In this document: positions 49,301 to 51,741 of the stretch, one piece after another
How positions within the stretch are numbered: position 1 is the first letter of the stretch
Layout of the letters: the number at the start of each line of letters is the position of its first letter
Origin: Trypethelium eluteriae
Lineage: Eukaryota
Assembly (NCBI GenBank): GCA_051942245.1
Contig: JAVECL010000106.1
Span: forward strand, 1 to 51,741
Length of the DNA stretch: 51,741 nucleotides
Direction of reading: 5' to 3'
The notes under the pieces: generated by a model
Database searches by the model: none
The model's input: only the letters and a program-made list of their open reading frames with translations
Told to the model about the DNA's origin: nothing
Program-made: the position numbers and the translations under genes

Positions 49301-51545
49301 AGGCTGAAGCCTGGGGGGCTGACAGAGTTTGATCAAGGAAAAGGCAGGACGCGCTGGGCCAACTACTGGCGTGCTTGTAACAGTGTGGAGCTTGACAACA
49401 TCGACCACGATCTGCCCCGTCTGGAGCCACGGGAGGTGTTAAGGCAGGTGAGAGCCAATGGATAACATGGCCCGGCGGAGCGTCGCTCGGATCCCCAAGC
49501 CATTGGGCATGAGGCGAGACAGTCAGAGCCTCTAGTTTCCAGCGGCTCTTCTCCACAACGCACCTTGCCAAGGAAGATAGTCTCTGCCTTCTCGGGAGCC
49601 CATCCTCTCGGAGTATTCGCAGGCGCTCTTGCATCACCATAGCTGAGCATCTTGGACCGAGTGGAGGAGTACAGCAAAAAGGGTAGGCTTCGCCGGTCGT
49701 GCTTTGTCTGTCGACGGGGAATGCCTGACCGCTTGAGAGGCAAATCGTGACGAGAATACTAGAGCGTACATTGTCTGTGCTTTTATGCTGAAGATGAACA
49801 AGCAAAATAAGAACCCACGGAGAATGACGAAAGCAACCAGGAATAGTATTAATTACGAAGTGAAATGAGCGGAGGTATTGAAGCCTTTGACCAATCAGAG
49901 TGTAGATTCGCATTGGTTGAAGGATACAAGAGAATGGACCCACTGGATCCGACAGCTCCTCACCGCAAAGCTGTTTACAGTACTTTTTCAAACTTGGCCT
50001 ACCTTTCTCGAAAGGTAATAAGTGGCAAGGGAAACGAGATTGATTATGATGCAAGAGCCAAGCAAGAATCATTGTGGAGTGGCAAAATCGAGCAGGATTT
50101 TGATTTGTAGGGCTGGAAGACCACGGCTTCAACCCACCGGATCCCATCGCAAAACTCTGACCGCCAACTGCGCAGTCATTGATAGCTAATCATCCATCAG
50201 TCACCCATAGCTGACTCTTACTCTCCCTGTCGACGTTGACCTTGCGAAGGATGGATGGAAGTGGAGATTGGATGCCCGCGATCCTTAACGATTTGTTTTG
50301 CTTTTTCGTTCGGGTTTCCCCTGGAAGCAACTCGACCACTTCCGTTCCACGAGCACTATCAAGACCAAGAATCTGAGAATCTCACAATGTATTAGTTGCC
50401 ACCACCAAGAAATCAGTTCAGCCGCAAAGTTGACGCATGAACGAGCTTCTGGCCTGTAACGCAAGCCTGCTGCATCGTCATTCAAGGTTTTCGACGCGAC
50501 GCGTCGGAGGCGCAGCCCTACACTAGACCTGATGGTGTGCAGTCTCGTAGCGACTTCGCTCCGAGGTTACCTACGGAGTACAACTACCCACCTCCTACTC
50601 CGTACACGCAGAATCGGTCCGAATCGGCTAAGCTAAGAGCATCCGGTGCTCCGAAAAATTGAAGAATCTAAGCTCACGATGTTGGTTGAGGGTTGGTGAA
50701 TCATGGCAGAGGGACTAAAACCAGTCATGACCATCTTCATCTTCGCTTAGCTTACTTAAGCTGACGTTGATTTAGATTCAAGCGCGTGAGTTTCACGTGG
50801 ATAAACTACCGGTGATGCCTAAGGTTAGTACCGTACCTTACGTTATCACCTTATCTTACATGTACAGAATGAGAGCCATTTGCTAGTGCTCGATCATTCG
50901 GTGCATTAATCATAGCCGGAGTGCCGAGTCACGTGGACTGCCGACTATCATAACACACTTTACCTGAGCTAAGGTACCCGTTACTCCGTATGGTATACTG
51001 GTTGTTTTATTCTTGAGCGTCAGTGAGTCTTGCCTGCCCTCCAGAACCACCGAAAGTCCACGCCCGTCCTGATAAGATATTGGCACTCTGGATCGCATAC
51101 AACAACAAATTGATGCAATGAGCTATTCCATAGGATATAATTACTGAGACTTATAGCAATTCTGCGCTCCGTAACTGACTGACACCAGATGACATGATGA
51201 ACTGTTGCCGTCTTTTTGACCGAGCGGGGCAAGCAGACACGTGACCGGATTTGGAGTGGAGCATCCTGAAATTTAGCCGCGCTAGCAAAGGCGGTATTGA
51301 GCTGCCTAAGCTCTACATCGGCAGAATTGGGCAATGTAAAACGTAGACAATTAAGAAGTACTCCCGAAAGGAATGGCATACGGTGAACAAGCCGAGTCGA
51401 AACCAGATCCAAAATTTCAATCTCTTCGTTCTTGAATTTTCACCTTTCATATTCGATTCTCTCCTCCAGGAAGCTCAATGGGTACTCTTGGAGGTCCAAT
51501 TGAAGCAACCTAAATCCCGTGCGGCCTCGGGACCACCAAAAGAAG

Positions 51546-51741
51546 ATGGGACCCTTTGATGCTGCAATCGGAATCGCTCAAAAAAGCCTACAATTCGTGC
51601 AGGAAACATCTCCATCCCTGATCTTCCTCGGTCTTGCAGTCTCGCTATTAGTCGGCTCTGCATTAGTGAGTACAACTACCTCGACTGCGCACATCTCATA
51701 ACCCTCTGTCTAACCCTCTTCCCAACTCCACAGCTCTACCT
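51546..51741 (+). CDS. 5' end of a gene for an N-terminally membrane-anchored protein, truncated by the window edge
   Basis: MGPFDAAIGIAQKSLQFVQETSPSLIFLGLAVSLLVGSAL, then a canonical intron 51666-51733 (gtgagt...ctaac...acag), continuing LY. Too short to name; loosely reminiscent of fungal Alg5 N-termini. Confidence 0.55.

Noticed and set aside
38450..51500. Hidden pheromone precursor (CAAX a-factor or KR-repeat alpha-factor) in the gaps around the Est1-like gene
   Set aside because: A manual scan for C-x-x-M-stop and KR/EA repeats found nothing. The scan was not exhaustive for other CAAX endings.

Overview
Intron-rich eukaryotic DNA from a filamentous ascomycete (Pezizomycotina, probably Dothideomycetes; this is inferred from protein sequences and short GT-AG introns with CTRAY branch sites). 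It is mostly a housekeeping neighbourhood of 18 genes that I spliced by hand. In order: twinfilin (partial), a Cid11/Cid13/Cut-type terminal nucleotidyltransferase, an isochorismatase-family hydrolase, a DUF924 protein, a PTH11-like membrane protein, TLG2, calmodulin, THI6, eIF5, MET2, ribokinase, an NAD-dependent epimerase-like protein, VPS17, mitochondrial EF-G2, a Nudix hydrolase, a RING protein, an Est1/SMG5-6-like protein with a PIN domain, and the start of a membrane-anchored protein. A decayed 1.33-kb Tc1/impala-like DD34E transposon lies just upstream of MET2. The most notable signals are two poor-context uORFs in the eIF5 leader, a GC-AG intron plus an unusually long intron in THI6, a degenerate PIN active site, GC-rich coding islands whose C/G skew flips, an unexplained 352-codon ORF, and a cluster of TACGGAGTA motifs. 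I found no convincing wholly new multi-gene system.
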